A stretch of 51,533 bases of DNA, from contig JBBRDV010000004.1 in NCBI GenBank assembly GCA_038203565.1, forward strand, positions 1-51,533, written 5' to 3'. Below the pieces are notes generated by a model. That model searched no databases, had not been told where the DNA came from, and worked only from the letters and a program-made list of their open reading frames with translations. This document shows, piece after piece, positions 10,069 through 19,525 of this stretch. This stretch comes from Atribacterota bacterium. GTDB lineage: Bacteria; Atribacterota; Phoenicimicrobiia; Phoenicimicrobiales; Phoenicimicrobiaceae. How positions within the stretch are numbered: the stretch's first letter is position 1; each line of letters opens with the position of its first letter. Made by a program: the position numbers and the translations under genes.

Positions 10069-10144
10069 GGGCCCATAGCTCAGCTGGCAGAGCAACCGGC
10101 TCATAACCGGTCGGTCCCTGGTTCGAATCCAGGTGGGCCCACCA
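10069..10144 (+). tRNA. tRNA-Ile2 (CAU, lysidine type)
   Basis: 76-nt cloverleaf with GGGCCCA/TGGGCCC acceptor stem, anticodon loop CTCATAA, GGTTCGAATCC T-arm and encoded CCA. G1-C72 is paired and C4-G69/C5-G68 are present, which fits Ile2 rather than fMet. Confidence 0.9.
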
Positions 10145-10234
10145 AAAAATTGATAATTATTAATTTTAATAATAATGTGGACAGTGTAGGATTTATGAAA
10201 AAGCATAAAAATATGAAAATACCAGAATTTTATC

Positions 10235-10274
10235 AAAACCTTACTTCTTTATATATAAGAAGTAAGGTTTTTTT
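10235..10274 (+). terminator. Intrinsic terminator after the tRNA
   Basis: 15-bp perfect inverted repeat AAAACCTTACTTCTT / AAGAAGTAAGGTTTT plus T-run. Confidence 0.75.
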
Positions 10275-10318
10275 GTTTTAATGAGCTTTGCAACTTTGAA
10301 GAGAGGAGAAATAAGTCA

Positions 10319-11035
10319 TTGATAGAAGAAGAATATGCCATTCTTTTAGAATTACAGAAATTCGATATTGATATTGATGAGGAAGAAAAAAAGAAGAGAA
10401 AGTTACCTTTAATGATAGAAGGGATTGCTAAAGAAATTCAGGGGCTGAAAGATAGTTTAAAAAATAAAAATGAAAATTATAAGAATTTACAGATTAAATT
10501 AAAAAGAAAAGAATTGGATTTAGCTGAAAAATCTAATAAAATTAATAAATATCAGGAAGATTTATACGGAGGAAAAATATCTGATATCAAGGAGCTTAAA
10601 CAGATACAAAAGGTAATAGCCAATTATAACGAAGAAAAAGATAGTATTGAAGAAGATGTTTTAGATTTAATGGAAGAGATGGAAGACCTTGATAAATCGA
10701 TTGGTCATATCGACGAAGATTTGAAAGTGAAAGAGAAAGAGTTTAAAAAGCGCAAAGAAGAAATAGATTTAGCAGGGTCAGTAATTAAAAAGAATATGAA
10801 TTCTTTAAATATTAAAAGGGAAGAGATATTCAGTAAAATTACCGATGACCGTCTTTTGAAAGAATATGAACTTTTAAGAAAAGAGAAGGGCGGAAAAGCC
10901 ATTATGGAAGTTGATGATTCTATATGTCCAGGCTGTTATCTTGACCTTCCCAGTGATGTTATTTATCAATTAGAAAAGAATCGAAAGATAATAATTTGTC
11001 CTAATTGCAGCCGAATTCTAATTTGGAAAGATTAA
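10319..11035 (+). CDS. Coiled-coil protein with C-terminal C4 zinc ribbon (DUF164 / HP0958-like)
   Basis: Long heptad coiled coil, then CPGC...CPNCSRIL. TTG start with GAGGAG RBS. Confidence 0.85.
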   Translation: MIEEEYAILLELQKFDIDIDEEEKKKRKLPLMIEGIAKEIQGLKDSLKNKNENYKNLQIKLKRKELDLAEKSNKINKYQEDLYGGKISDIKELKQIQKVIANYNEEKDSIEEDVLDLMEEMEDLDKSIGHIDEDLKVKEKEFKKRKEEIDLAGSVIKKNMNSLNIKREEIFSKITDDRLLKEYELLRKEKGGKAIMEVDDSICPGCYLDLPSDVIYQLEKNRKIIICPNCSRILIWKD

Positions 11036-11045
11036 CTTAAACTAA

Positions 11046-11074
11046 TTGACTTTATGGTATTAAAATGGTATTTT
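11046..11074 (+). promoter_or_regulatory. Sigma70-type promoter of rnpB
   Basis: TTGACT-N17-TATTTT with a TG extended -10. Confidence 0.6.
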
Positions 11075-11092
11075 AAAATTGAAAAAAGAATA

Positions 11093-11566
11093 TTTGATAA
11101 GTAGATCAGGTAATCGCGGAAGAAATGCTATTTCTTTCGAGGAAAGTCCGAGCTCCACAGGGCAGAGTGCTGGGTAACCCCCAGTGAGGGTAACCTTAAG
11201 GAAAGTGCTACAGAAAATACACAGCTGGGCACTCAATTTTGAGTACTCGGTAAAGGTGAAAAGGCAGGGTAAGAGCCTACCAGTTGTTAGGTGACTAATA
11301 AGCTTAGTAAACCCCACTCGGAGCAAGACCAAATAGGAAGAGCTGTGGTGGCCCGCTGAATCTTCGGGTAGGTCGCTAGAGGTGTAAGGTAACTTACATC
11401 CCAGATAGATGATTACCACCCTTATAATTAACTCGTTAGTTAGTTAGTTAGTTACTTAGTTAATTGGTTTAGCATTAAACCAGCTAACTAATTTGCATTT
11501 TGTATTTTTCACTAACGACTATTTTATAAGGGGACAGAACTCGGCTTATACGATCTGCTTATCAAA
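11093..11566 (+). ncRNA. rnpB: RNase P RNA, bacterial type A, with enlarged P19
   Basis: GAGGAAAGTCCGAGCTC, GGAAAGTGCTACAGAAA, AAACCCC...GAGCAAGACCAAATAG and ACAGAACTCGGCTTA. P1 is TTTGATAAGTAGATC paired with GATCTGCTTATCAAA. Confidence 0.96.
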
Positions 11567-11576
11567 ATAAATAGAT

Positions 11577-11619
11577 AAAAAGACATACAATAAAATGTTT
11601 TATTGTATGTCTTTTTTTT
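11577..11619 (+). terminator. rnpB terminator
   Basis: AAAAAGACATACAATAAAA-TG-TTTTATTGTATGTCTTTTT perfect inverted repeat plus T-run. Confidence 0.85.
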
Positions 11620-11832
11620 ATTCTATTTTCCGAAAAGATATTCATTGTGAAAATTAACTTAATCATCGAAGAGTATCCTTCCTTCTATTTTCCCCAAAAA
11701 TACGCTCTAAAAATAGTGTATCTATTATAGAAAAGACGCTAAATATGTGGTATTTCTAATTTTATTAAAATAAATTAAATTATTTTCAAAAAAAAAGAGG
11801 ATTTTTCGAAAGTATGTAGTATAGTATATGCA

Positions 11833-11860
11833 GTGGAACAAAGTGGGGTAAAGTGGAGGA
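11833..11860 (+). promoter_or_regulatory. MraZ operator (three GTGG boxes at 10-bp period)
   Basis: GTGG at 11833, 11843 and 11853, directly upstream of mraZ. Confidence 0.85.
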
Positions 11861-11879
11861 TAAATATAAAGGAGATTTT

Positions 11880-12311
11880 ATGTTTTTAGGACAGTATGAG
11901 CACACTATCGATGAAAAGGGAAGATTGATTGTGCCGGCAAAATACCGTGAATCCTTAGGTGATAATTTTATTATTACTTTTGGTCTTGATACTTGTCTTT
12001 TTGTATATCCTCTGGAAGAATGGAAAAATTTATCTGAAAAAATGAAGCTGCTCCCCTTGGGACAGAGAGATGCCCGAGCATTTAAGAGGATAATATTTTC
12101 CCGAGCTACCGATTGCACCATAGATAATCAAGGTAGAGTCATTATTATGAAATATTTGAGAGATTATGCCCAAATTCATAAAGAAATTATGGTTATCGGG
12201 GTTTTAGATAGGATAGAGATCTGGAGTAAAGATATATGGCAAAAATACTTTAAAGAAGTTGAAAGTTCATATGAAGATATTGCCGAAAGAATATACGAAC
12301 AAGAAGGATAA
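11880..12311 (+). CDS. mraZ: Division/cell-wall cluster transcriptional repressor MraZ
   Basis: MFLGQYEHTIDEKGRL...DNQGRV. The ATG at 11880 follows AAGGAG; the ORF-track GTG start lies inside the operator. Confidence 0.96.
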   Translation: MFLGQYEHTIDEKGRLIVPAKYRESLGDNFIITFGLDTCLFVYPLEEWKNLSEKMKLLPLGQRDARAFKRIIFSRATDCTIDNQGRVIIMKYLRDYAQIHKEIMVIGVLDRIEIWSKDIWQKYFKEVESSYEDIAERIYEQEG

Positions 12312-12314
12312 TCT

Positions 12315-13247
12315 ATGGCAAATTCCTTTCACATTCCTGTGTTAACAAAAGAGATCTTAAATTATTTAAACTTAAAGAAAGGAGGTGTTTATATCGATTG
12401 CACCTTAGGGGGTGGAGGGCACTCCAAAGCTATTTTGGAAAAAATTTATCCCCATGGTTTATTGATCGGCATCGACCAGGATATAGAGGCAATTGAAACA
12501 GCAAAGGAAGAATTAAAAAGTTATATCGATAAAGTAAAATTAGTTAAAGGTAATTTCAAAAATTTAGAAGAGATTCTATCGGACTTAAAGACTGAAACAG
12601 TTTCGGGGATAATCTTTGATTTAGGAGTGTCCTTTCACCAATTAAAAGAGAAAGAACGAGGATTTAGTTTTAAAGAAGACAGCCATTTAGATATGCGTAT
12701 GGATTTAAATCAAGAATTTAACGCTGATATTTTGATCAATAGTTATTCGGAAAAAGATTTAGCTGAAATATTTGAAAAATATGGAGAAGAACGGTTTTCC
12801 AAGAGAATTGCCCGCTTAATTGTAATAGAACGAAAAAAGAAAACCATTACTACAACCAAGCAGTTAGCTGATTTAGTAATAAGGTCTCTTCCCAGGACTA
12901 AAAAGAGACACACCTGGAGAATACATCCCGCAACCAGGGTATTTCAGGCTATCAGGATTGAAGTAAACCAGGAACTTAAGGCTTTAGAAAAAGGGTTGAA
13001 TCAGGCCATTAGAGTGTTGGAGGATAAAGGAAGGATATGTGTTATTTCCTACCATTCACTAGAGGATAGGATAGTTAAACACCTATTTAAGGAAGCAGAA
13101 AGAGAAGGAAAAGAGCAAAAGAATTACGGATTGAAAATTGTAACTAAAAAACCAATTAAACCTTCTTTGGAGGAAGTAAGAGATAATCCTAAAGCAAGAA
13201 GCGCTAAATTAAGAGCGGCAGAGAAAATAATGTTGACAACAATATAA
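12315..13247 (+). CDS. rsmH: 16S rRNA m4C1402 methyltransferase RsmH (MraW)
   Basis: HIPVL, DCTLGGGGHS, HPATRVFQAIRIEVN and SYHSLEDR motifs. Confidence 0.97.
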   Translation: MANSFHIPVLTKEILNYLNLKKGGVYIDCTLGGGGHSKAILEKIYPHGLLIGIDQDIEAIETAKEELKSYIDKVKLVKGNFKNLEEILSDLKTETVSGIIFDLGVSFHQLKEKERGFSFKEDSHLDMRMDLNQEFNADILINSYSEKDLAEIFEKYGEERFSKRIARLIVIERKKKTITTTKQLADLVIRSLPRTKKRHTWRIHPATRVFQAIRIEVNQELKALEKGLNQAIRVLEDKGRICVISYHSLEDRIVKHLFKEAEREGKEQKNYGLKIVTKKPIKPSLEEVRDNPKARSAKLRAAEKIMLTTI

Positions 13248-13254
13248 TAAAGGG

Positions 13255-13704
13255 GTGAAAAATATGAGAGGGAGTATTGCTATAGCTACCGGTAATTATG
13301 AAAGTAAGAATGCCTTAATTGTTTTTGGGTTATTTTTAATTATAGTAATTCTTGTCACTTCTGTAGTAATTTTTTATATTTCTAATAACATTGTATTAAC
13401 TGAGTTGGGATATAAATTAATAAAATTAGAAAATGAAAAAATAGCCTTAGAGCAAGAAAATAAAAAACTTGAACTTACCGTAGAGACTCTTTCTGCCTTA
13501 GATAGAATTGAAAAAATTGCCTATAATCAATTGGGAATGATAAGACCAAAAGAAGTAAAATTTATTGCTTTAAACCCAGTTGCTATGATTAATTCCGTAA
13601 ATGATATCAGGACAATCAGTAACAATTATGAAGAGGAAAAGAATTTTTGGGCTAGTTTTGACCTAAATAAGATAAATGACTTGATTTCAGGGATATTAAA
13701 ATAA
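13255..13704 (+). CDS. ftsL: Cell division protein FtsL
   Basis: Single TM segment plus coiled coil, RIEKIA...LGM motif, and position between rsmH and the PBP. Confidence 0.8.
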   Translation: MKNMRGSIAIATGNYESKNALIVFGLFLIIVILVTSVVIFYISNNIVLTELGYKLIKLENEKIALEQENKKLELTVETLSALDRIEKIAYNQLGMIRPKEVKFIALNPVAMINSVNDIRTISNNYEEEKNFWASFDLNKINDLISGILK

Positions 13705-13743
13705 TATACTTGTAGCAGCAAAGGTTAAAGAGGGCGGAGATAG

Positions 13744-15426
13744 TTGTTGCTTTCCAAAGAGAAAAAAGAACGTATTATTTTTTTACTTATAATATTCATT
13801 ATTCTTTATTTTTCATTAATTTATAGATTATATAACATTCAGGTTATTCAGACTAATAAATTTAAAGAAATTGCCCAACAAGAACATCTCACTTCTTTTT
13901 CCATTGAGGGCGAACGAGGTAATATCTATGATAGAAATTATAAAAAATTAGCCGTGAATATTAAGGTTCAATCTTTATTTGCTATTCCTCCTAAAGTTGA
14001 AAATCCTCAAGAAACTGCCCGAAAAATATCTTCAATTTTGAATTTGAAAACAAAAGATGTACTGGAAAAATTAAACCAGAAAAAATCTTTTGTGTGGATA
14101 AAAAGGAAGTTAAAAGAAACAGAAGTTGCAGAGATTATAAAACTAAATTTAGAAGGATTAGATTTCTTAAATGAGAACAAAAGATATTACCCTAAGAATT
14201 ATTTAGCTTCTAATTTAATGGGATTTGTGGGAATAGACAATCAAGGCCTGGAAGGTTTGGAATCATTTTTTGATAAAGAACTAAAAGGTTTGCCTGGTTT
14301 AGCAATTTTAGAGAGAGATGCTATAGGCGGCAAGGTGCCTCTAAGCATTAAAGAACTGAATGCTCATAAAGATGGATATTCAATTGTATTGACTATTGAT
14401 GAAGTTATCCAATATATCACTGAAGAAGCTTTGGACAAAGCTTTTCAAGAATCTAAAGCCAAAGCAGGGATTGCTATTGTAGTAGAACCTAAAACCGGAG
14501 AAATTTTAGCAATGGCAGTAAAACCTTCTTATGACCCCAATTATTTCAATGAATACCCTCGTGATCTCTGGAGAAACCGGGCAATAACTGATTCCTATGA
14601 ACCAGGATCAACCTTTAAAATTGTTACTATAGCCACAGCTCTGGAAGAAAGAGTAGTTAAATTAAATGATCAATTTAATTGTATAGGGTGGACAAAATAC
14701 AATGGAACTGTTTTTCACGATATACATATACATGGCTTTCAAAATCTTACCGATATTGTAAAGAACTCTTGTAATATAGGGGTAATACAAACTGGAACGA
14801 GGTTGGATGAAAAAGTTTTTGAAAAGTCGATTAGAAGATTCGGGTTTGGGACATTAACTGAAATAAGTTTACCCGGTGAAATAAATGGCTTGGTAAGAAG
14901 CACAAAGGATTGGTCAAAAATTTCCCTGGCTTCCTTATCTATAGGTCAAGAAATTTCTGTAACTCCCATTCAGTTGATAATGGCTATATCGGCTATAGCT
15001 AACCGAGGGACTTTGATGAAACCGATGATAGTGAAGGAAATAATAGATTCTGCGCAAAAGAAGATTAAAATATTTAAACCAAAACCGATAAGGCAGGTGG
15101 TGTCGGTTGATACCGCTTTAACTATGACCAAAATATTAGAACAAGTAGTGAATGATGGAACCGGTACAAGGGCTAAGCTTGCAGGATACCAGGCAGCAGG
15201 GAAAACCGGGACTGCTCAAAAATTTGATTTTTCTACCGGTAAATATTCTGAAGATAAATTCAGCTCCTGGTTTGTGGGTTATGTTCCTACAGATAATCCT
15301 AAGATATCTATCTTAGTTTTATTAGATGAACCCAAGGGGAGTTATTACGGTGGAACAGTAGCCGCTCCGGTTTTCCAGGAGATTGCTTCCAAGGCTCTTC
15401 CTTACTTGTCGGTACCAACGAAATGA
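13744..15426 (+). CDS. ftsI: Class B penicillin-binding protein (FtsI/SpoVD-like, no PASTA domains)
   Basis: RGNIYDRN, EPGSTFK (SxxK), SCN (SxN) and GKTGT motifs. Confidence 0.9.
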   Translation: MLLSKEKKERIIFLLIIFIILYFSLIYRLYNIQVIQTNKFKEIAQQEHLTSFSIEGERGNIYDRNYKKLAVNIKVQSLFAIPPKVENPQETARKISSILNLKTKDVLEKLNQKKSFVWIKRKLKETEVAEIIKLNLEGLDFLNENKRYYPKNYLASNLMGFVGIDNQGLEGLESFFDKELKGLPGLAILERDAIGGKVPLSIKELNAHKDGYSIVLTIDEVIQYITEEALDKAFQESKAKAGIAIVVEPKTGEILAMAVKPSYDPNYFNEYPRDLWRNRAITDSYEPGSTFKIVTIATALEERVVKLNDQFNCIGWTKYNGTVFHDIHIHGFQNLTDIVKNSCNIGVIQTGTRLDEKVFEKSIRRFGFGTLTEISLPGEINGLVRSTKDWSKISLASLSIGQEISVTPIQLIMAISAIANRGTLMKPMIVKEIIDSAQKKIKIFKPKPIRQVVSVDTALTMTKILEQVVNDGTGTRAKLAGYQAAGKTGTAQKFDFSTGKYSEDKFSSWFVGYVPTDNPKISILVLLDEPKGSYYGGTVAAPVFQEIASKALPYLSVPTK

Positions 15427-15458
15427 ATAGCGTGGAGCGTACAGCGTATAGCGTATAG
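15427..15458. repeat. 7-mer tandem repeat
   Basis: ATAGCGT GGAGCGT ACAGCGT ATAGCGT ATAG, starting immediately after the ftsI stop. Confidence 0.8.
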
Positions 15459-15502
15459 TGAAGAAAAAAGATAAAGAAGAAAGATAAGATCGTAAGGTAC
15501 AA

Positions 15503-15527
15503 GTAGGGGCAAATCTTGTATCTGCCC
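15503..15527 (+). repeat. GTAG-type REP
   Basis: GTAGGGGCAAATCTTGTATCTGCCC; near-identical copy at 31843. Confidence 0.75.
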
Positions 15528-15567
15528 GTTATATAATACGAATCAGGGAAATTAGAGGGTATTTTTT

Positions 15568-17040
15568 ATGAAGTTGAGTGAACTGACAACTAACCTGGAA
15601 GTTAAGGAAATTACTGGTGATTTAAATTTAAATATCAAAGGAATTTATCACGACTCTCGGGAAATAAAGAGAGATTTTTTATTTATATGCATAAAAGGTT
15701 TCACCTTTGATGGACATAATTTTATCGATGAAGCCATTAATAGAGGAGCTGTTGCACTGGTAGTAGAAAAAGAAGTTCCTCTCCGGCCGGGTATTACTAT
15801 AATAAGGGTAGATAATAGCCGTAAAGCCCTGTCCATTTTAGCTAATCAATTTTACGATTTCCCTTCGCGAAAATTAAAATTAATTGGAGTTACAGGAACA
15901 AACGGTAAAACTACCATTACTTATATGTTAAGAGCCATTTTTCAGGAAGCAGGTTTTAAAACCGGACTTTTGGGTACTGCTCAAAATATAATTGGCGATA
16001 ATATCAACTCCTCTAAGATGACTACCATGGAATCAGTAGATTTACAGAAGGCGCTTAAAGAAATGGTTGAACAAAAGAATACTTATACAGTGATGGAAGT
16101 ATCTTCCCATGCCTTGCAATTATCCCGGGTAGAAGGATGTGATTTTGATGCAGCTATCTTTACTAATATCAGTAAGGAGCATTTCGAAATTCATAAAAAC
16201 TTTTCTAATTATTTAAAAGCCAAGAAAAAATTATTTTTAAGTTTAAATAGAAGCAAGAAAGAGGCATCTAAAAAATTTGCAATAATTAATATTGATGTAG
16301 AGCACAGTAAAGATTTTATAGATTGTAATAAGGTTAATTTGATTACTTACGGAATAGAAAAAGAAGCTAAGGTTAGAGCCAAGAAAATAAAAATGAAGCT
16401 TAAAAGTTTGTCATTTATAGTGGAAACACCTATTGGGGATACTGAGATATTATTAAATTTTGGCGGAAAATACAATGTATATAATGCTTTGGCAGCTATA
16501 GCAACAGCGATTACTCAAGGCATCCCCCTTAACATAATTTCCAGAGCTTTTAATAAATTTTATGGAGCTCCGGGGAGATATAAGTTACTTGAATATGGTC
16601 AGAATTATACTATTGTTATAGATTTTGCTCACAATTATCATGGATTAGGAAGTATATTGCAGAATTTACGTAATTTTGCTCCCCATAAACTAATTACTGT
16701 ATTTGGACATGGTGGAGAGAAATATAATAAGGTAAGAGCTACCATGGGAGAAGTTATAGGAACATATAGTGATTACCTGGTAATAACTGCTGATAATCCT
16801 AAAAGTGAAGACCCTGTGAAAATTGCACGAGAGATTGAGGCAGGGGTTAAAAAAACAGGTAAAGATTATATTATAATTACGGATCGGGTAGAGGCTATTA
16901 AACATGCTTTAGAAAAAGCCGAAGAAGGGGATATAGTATTAATAGCCGGAAAAGGACCCGAGAATGAGCAGATTTATCATAACAGAGTTATCCATCATAA
17001 TGATGAAGAAGTAGTGAAAAATATTTTTACAGGGAGATAA
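15568..17040 (+). CDS. murE: UDP-MurNAc-tripeptide synthetase MurE (divergent)
   Basis: GVTGTNGKTT, MEVSSHAL, DFAHN, DNPK and LIAGKG motifs. Confidence 0.93.
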   Translation: MKLSELTTNLEVKEITGDLNLNIKGIYHDSREIKRDFLFICIKGFTFDGHNFIDEAINRGAVALVVEKEVPLRPGITIIRVDNSRKALSILANQFYDFPSRKLKLIGVTGTNGKTTITYMLRAIFQEAGFKTGLLGTAQNIIGDNINSSKMTTMESVDLQKALKEMVEQKNTYTVMEVSSHALQLSRVEGCDFDAAIFTNISKEHFEIHKNFSNYLKAKKKLFLSLNRSKKEASKKFAIINIDVEHSKDFIDCNKVNLITYGIEKEAKVRAKKIKMKLKSLSFIVETPIGDTEILLNFGGKYNVYNALAAIATAITQGIPLNIISRAFNKFYGAPGRYKLLEYGQNYTIVIDFAHNYHGLGSILQNLRNFAPHKLITVFGHGGEKYNKVRATMGEVIGTYSDYLVITADNPKSEDPVKIAREIEAGVKKTGKDYIIITDRVEAIKHALEKAEEGDIVLIAGKGPENEQIYHNRVIHHNDEEVVKNIFTGR

Positions 17041-17044
17041 AAGA

Positions 17045-18478
17045 TTGGAAAATTGTAAAATTGGAGAGTTGATAAAGGTTGTCTCGGGAAAGATAATTCA
17101 GGGAGACCAGGATTGCTTAATAAATAGTATTTCCATAGATAGCCGAACTTTAACTCCCGGTGATTTATTTTTTGCCATAATTGGAGCCAATTTCGATGGA
17201 CATAATTTTATTATTGAAGCTTTCAATAAGGGAGCGGTTGGGGTAGTAATTTGTAAAGCTGCGAGTCCTTTATTACAGAATGAGCAAATTGATAAAAATA
17301 AGATAATCATAGAAGTAAAAGATACTCTTTCTGCCTTACAGGATTGGTCCAAGCATTATAAGGACAAATTTAATACTTTTAATATCTGTGTAACCGGCAG
17401 TAACGGAAAGACCACGACCAAAGAAATTATTGCTCATATCTTATCTCAGAAATTTCCTCTTTTAAAAACCTCGGGAAATTATAATAATGAAATCGGAATT
17501 CCTCTCACTCTGCTGCAGCTTACTAAATTACATAAGCTATTAGTGGCAGAGATGGGAATGAGGGGTTTGGGTGAAATAAGCACTCTTACCCATTTAATTC
17601 CTCCTGATTTAGCAGTGATTACTAATATCGGAGAGGCTCACATCGGTCTATTAGGCTCAAAAGATAATATTTTTAAGGCTAAATCGGAATTATTACAATC
17701 ATTGGATAAAGACGGTATAGCCATTCTAAACAGAGACGACCCTTATTTTTTTAAGATGTCGAAAATTGTTAAAAGTAAGAAGGTATATACCTTTGGCATT
17801 GAGAGTAAGAGTGATATAATGGCTCGTAATATCAGAATAGTCAGTGATAAAGGAATGAGATTTGCCCTTGAAGTGCAAAATGGCAAAAGCAGAGAAATAT
17901 ATTTCCCCTTATTGGGAAGGCATAATATTTATAATGCCCTTGCAGCTTCTGCGGTTGCTTTTGCCCTGGGAGTTGAATTGGATTTAATTGAAAGAAGATT
18001 ATCTTCTTTTAAACCGTTAGACCTGCATATGCATTTGAGCAATTTTAACAAGGGTATTAAAATATTGAATGATTCTTATAATGCGAATCCCTTAGCAGTA
18101 AAAAGTGCTTTGGAAACTTTAGCAGAAGTCGCGCAAAACAATAGAAAGATAGCTATTTTAGGAGACATGCTGGAGTTAGGTGAAAAGTCCGATTTTTACC
18201 ACCGGGAAATAGGAAAAGAAGTAGCAAAATTGTCTATTGATGCCCTAATAACTGTGGGTCAAGGGGGAAAGATAATTGCTCAGTCTTCCAAAGAAGAGGG
18301 GATGGCAAAAGAAAGAGTTTTTTCTTTTGAGAAAAATGAGAAGATAAATTTAGTCAAAAAGTTATTAAGCCTGACCAAACCCGGAGATTTTATCCTATTA
18401 AAAGGTTCTCGAGAAATGAAAATGGAAGATATTTTAGAATTTTGGCAAAAAGAGTATCAAAAAAATAATCCTGCCTAA
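17045..18478 (+). CDS. murF: UDP-MurNAc-tripeptide--D-Ala-D-Ala ligase MurF
   Basis: VTGSNGKTTTKE, NNEIGIP, DSYNANP, GDMLELG and KGSR motifs. Confidence 0.96.
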   Translation: MENCKIGELIKVVSGKIIQGDQDCLINSISIDSRTLTPGDLFFAIIGANFDGHNFIIEAFNKGAVGVVICKAASPLLQNEQIDKNKIIIEVKDTLSALQDWSKHYKDKFNTFNICVTGSNGKTTTKEIIAHILSQKFPLLKTSGNYNNEIGIPLTLLQLTKLHKLLVAEMGMRGLGEISTLTHLIPPDLAVITNIGEAHIGLLGSKDNIFKAKSELLQSLDKDGIAILNRDDPYFFKMSKIVKSKKVYTFGIESKSDIMARNIRIVSDKGMRFALEVQNGKSREIYFPLLGRHNIYNALAASAVAFALGVELDLIERRLSSFKPLDLHMHLSNFNKGIKILNDSYNANPLAVKSALETLAEVAQNNRKIAILGDMLELGEKSDFYHREIGKEVAKLSIDALITVGQGGKIIAQSSKEEGMAKERVFSFEKNEKINLVKKLLSLTKPGDFILLKGSREMKMEDILEFWQKEYQKNNPA

Positions 18479-18488
18479 GGAGGAGATA

Positions 18489-19439
18489 ATGACCTATTGG
18501 CTCTTAACTTTATTAGTTTCGTTGATAATTCCGGTTATTGCTCTGCCGTTATTTATAAAATATTTAAAAAAATATCATGTGGGACAGAAAATTCGTCAGG
18601 AAGGGCCAGATCTTCATCAACATAAAATGGGAACGCCCACCATGGGAGGAGTAATAGTTATTCTTACTTTAATAATAATAGTTTGGCTCCTTGTTCCTTA
18701 CAATAAATATGTTTTATGGTCGTTAGTTGCCACTGTCGGTTTTGGTCTTATCGGTCTAATTGATGATTTAATAAAATATCTTAAGAAACGATCATTGGGT
18801 CTTCTTACGATGCAGAAGTTGTTCCTTCAAATTTTCTTTGCTTTAATAGTTGCCTATTGTGTCCAACAAAACACTGATTTAGGTACAGAAATTTGGCTTC
18901 CTTTTTTCAAAAACAGTATAAATTTGGGCAGAATGTTTATTCCTTTTTTAGTTTTAGTATTGGTTAGTTCGGTTAATGCGGTAAATTTAACCGACGGCTT
19001 AGATGGGCTGGCAGCCGGATTAATAATTATTGCTATGCTAAGTTTTGCTTTCATTGCCTATGTCCAAAATATATTGCCCATGAGCCTGTTTTCCCTGATA
19101 GTTGCCTTTACCTCTTTTGGTTTTTTAATCTATAATTTTTATCCAGCCAGGATATTTTTAGGAGATGTAGGTTCTTTGGCTTTAGGCGGAGCGCTTGCTT
19201 CGGTAGCAATTTTTACCAGAACAGAATTATTTTTACTGATAATAGGTGGGGTATTTGCGATTGAAACCTTATCAGTGATACTTCAGGTTGTTTCGGTAAA
19301 ATTAAGGGGTAAAATAATTTTTAAGATGAGTCCTATTCACCACCATTTTGAGCTTTGTGGTTGGAAAGAACCTAAAATTATTATTAGATTTTGGATAGCA
19401 GGAATAATACTGGCTATTATTGGGATAGCCAGTATTTAG
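18489..19439 (+). CDS. mraY: Phospho-MurNAc-pentapeptide transferase MraY
   Basis: GTPTMGG, NAVNLTDGLDGLA and PIHHHFE motifs. Confidence 0.97.
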   Translation: MTYWLLTLLVSLIIPVIALPLFIKYLKKYHVGQKIRQEGPDLHQHKMGTPTMGGVIVILTLIIIVWLLVPYNKYVLWSLVATVGFGLIGLIDDLIKYLKKRSLGLLTMQKLFLQIFFALIVAYCVQQNTDLGTEIWLPFFKNSINLGRMFIPFLVLVLVSSVNAVNLTDGLDGLAAGLIIIAMLSFAFIAYVQNILPMSLFSLIVAFTSFGFLIYNFYPARIFLGDVGSLALGGALASVAIFTRTELFLLIIGGVFAIETLSVILQVVSVKLRGKIIFKMSPIHHHFELCGWKEPKIIIRFWIAGIILAIIGIASI

Positions 19440-19498
19440 TATTTAGTATATAGTATATACTCGATACTAAATTACTATACGCTATACGCTATACGCTA
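19431..19498. repeat. 7-mer tandem repeats forming a hairpin
   Basis: AGTATTT x2, AGTATAT x2, ACTCGAT, ACTAAAT, then (A/G)CTATAC x3. ATTTAGTAT pairs with ATACTAAAT. Confidence 0.8.
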
Positions 19499-19525
19499 AT
19501 AATTAAGCATGAGGTTATATTTAAG

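Noticed and set aside
10069-10144. tRNA-Met or fMet assignment from the CAT anticodon
   Set aside because: It lacks the C1:A72 mismatch and the three G-C anticodon-stem pairs of fMet; the acceptor stem fits Ile2.
10045-10281. Two short ORFs (63 aa on -, 74 aa on +)
   Set aside because: Both overlap the tRNA and its terminator and show no protein motifs.
10145-10318. tRNA as an integration site for an island or prophage
   Set aside because: I saw no integrase, phage genes or duplicated tRNA 3' end in the window.
11060-11419. 119-aa minus-strand ORF
   Set aside because: It is the antisense shadow of the RNase P RNA gene.
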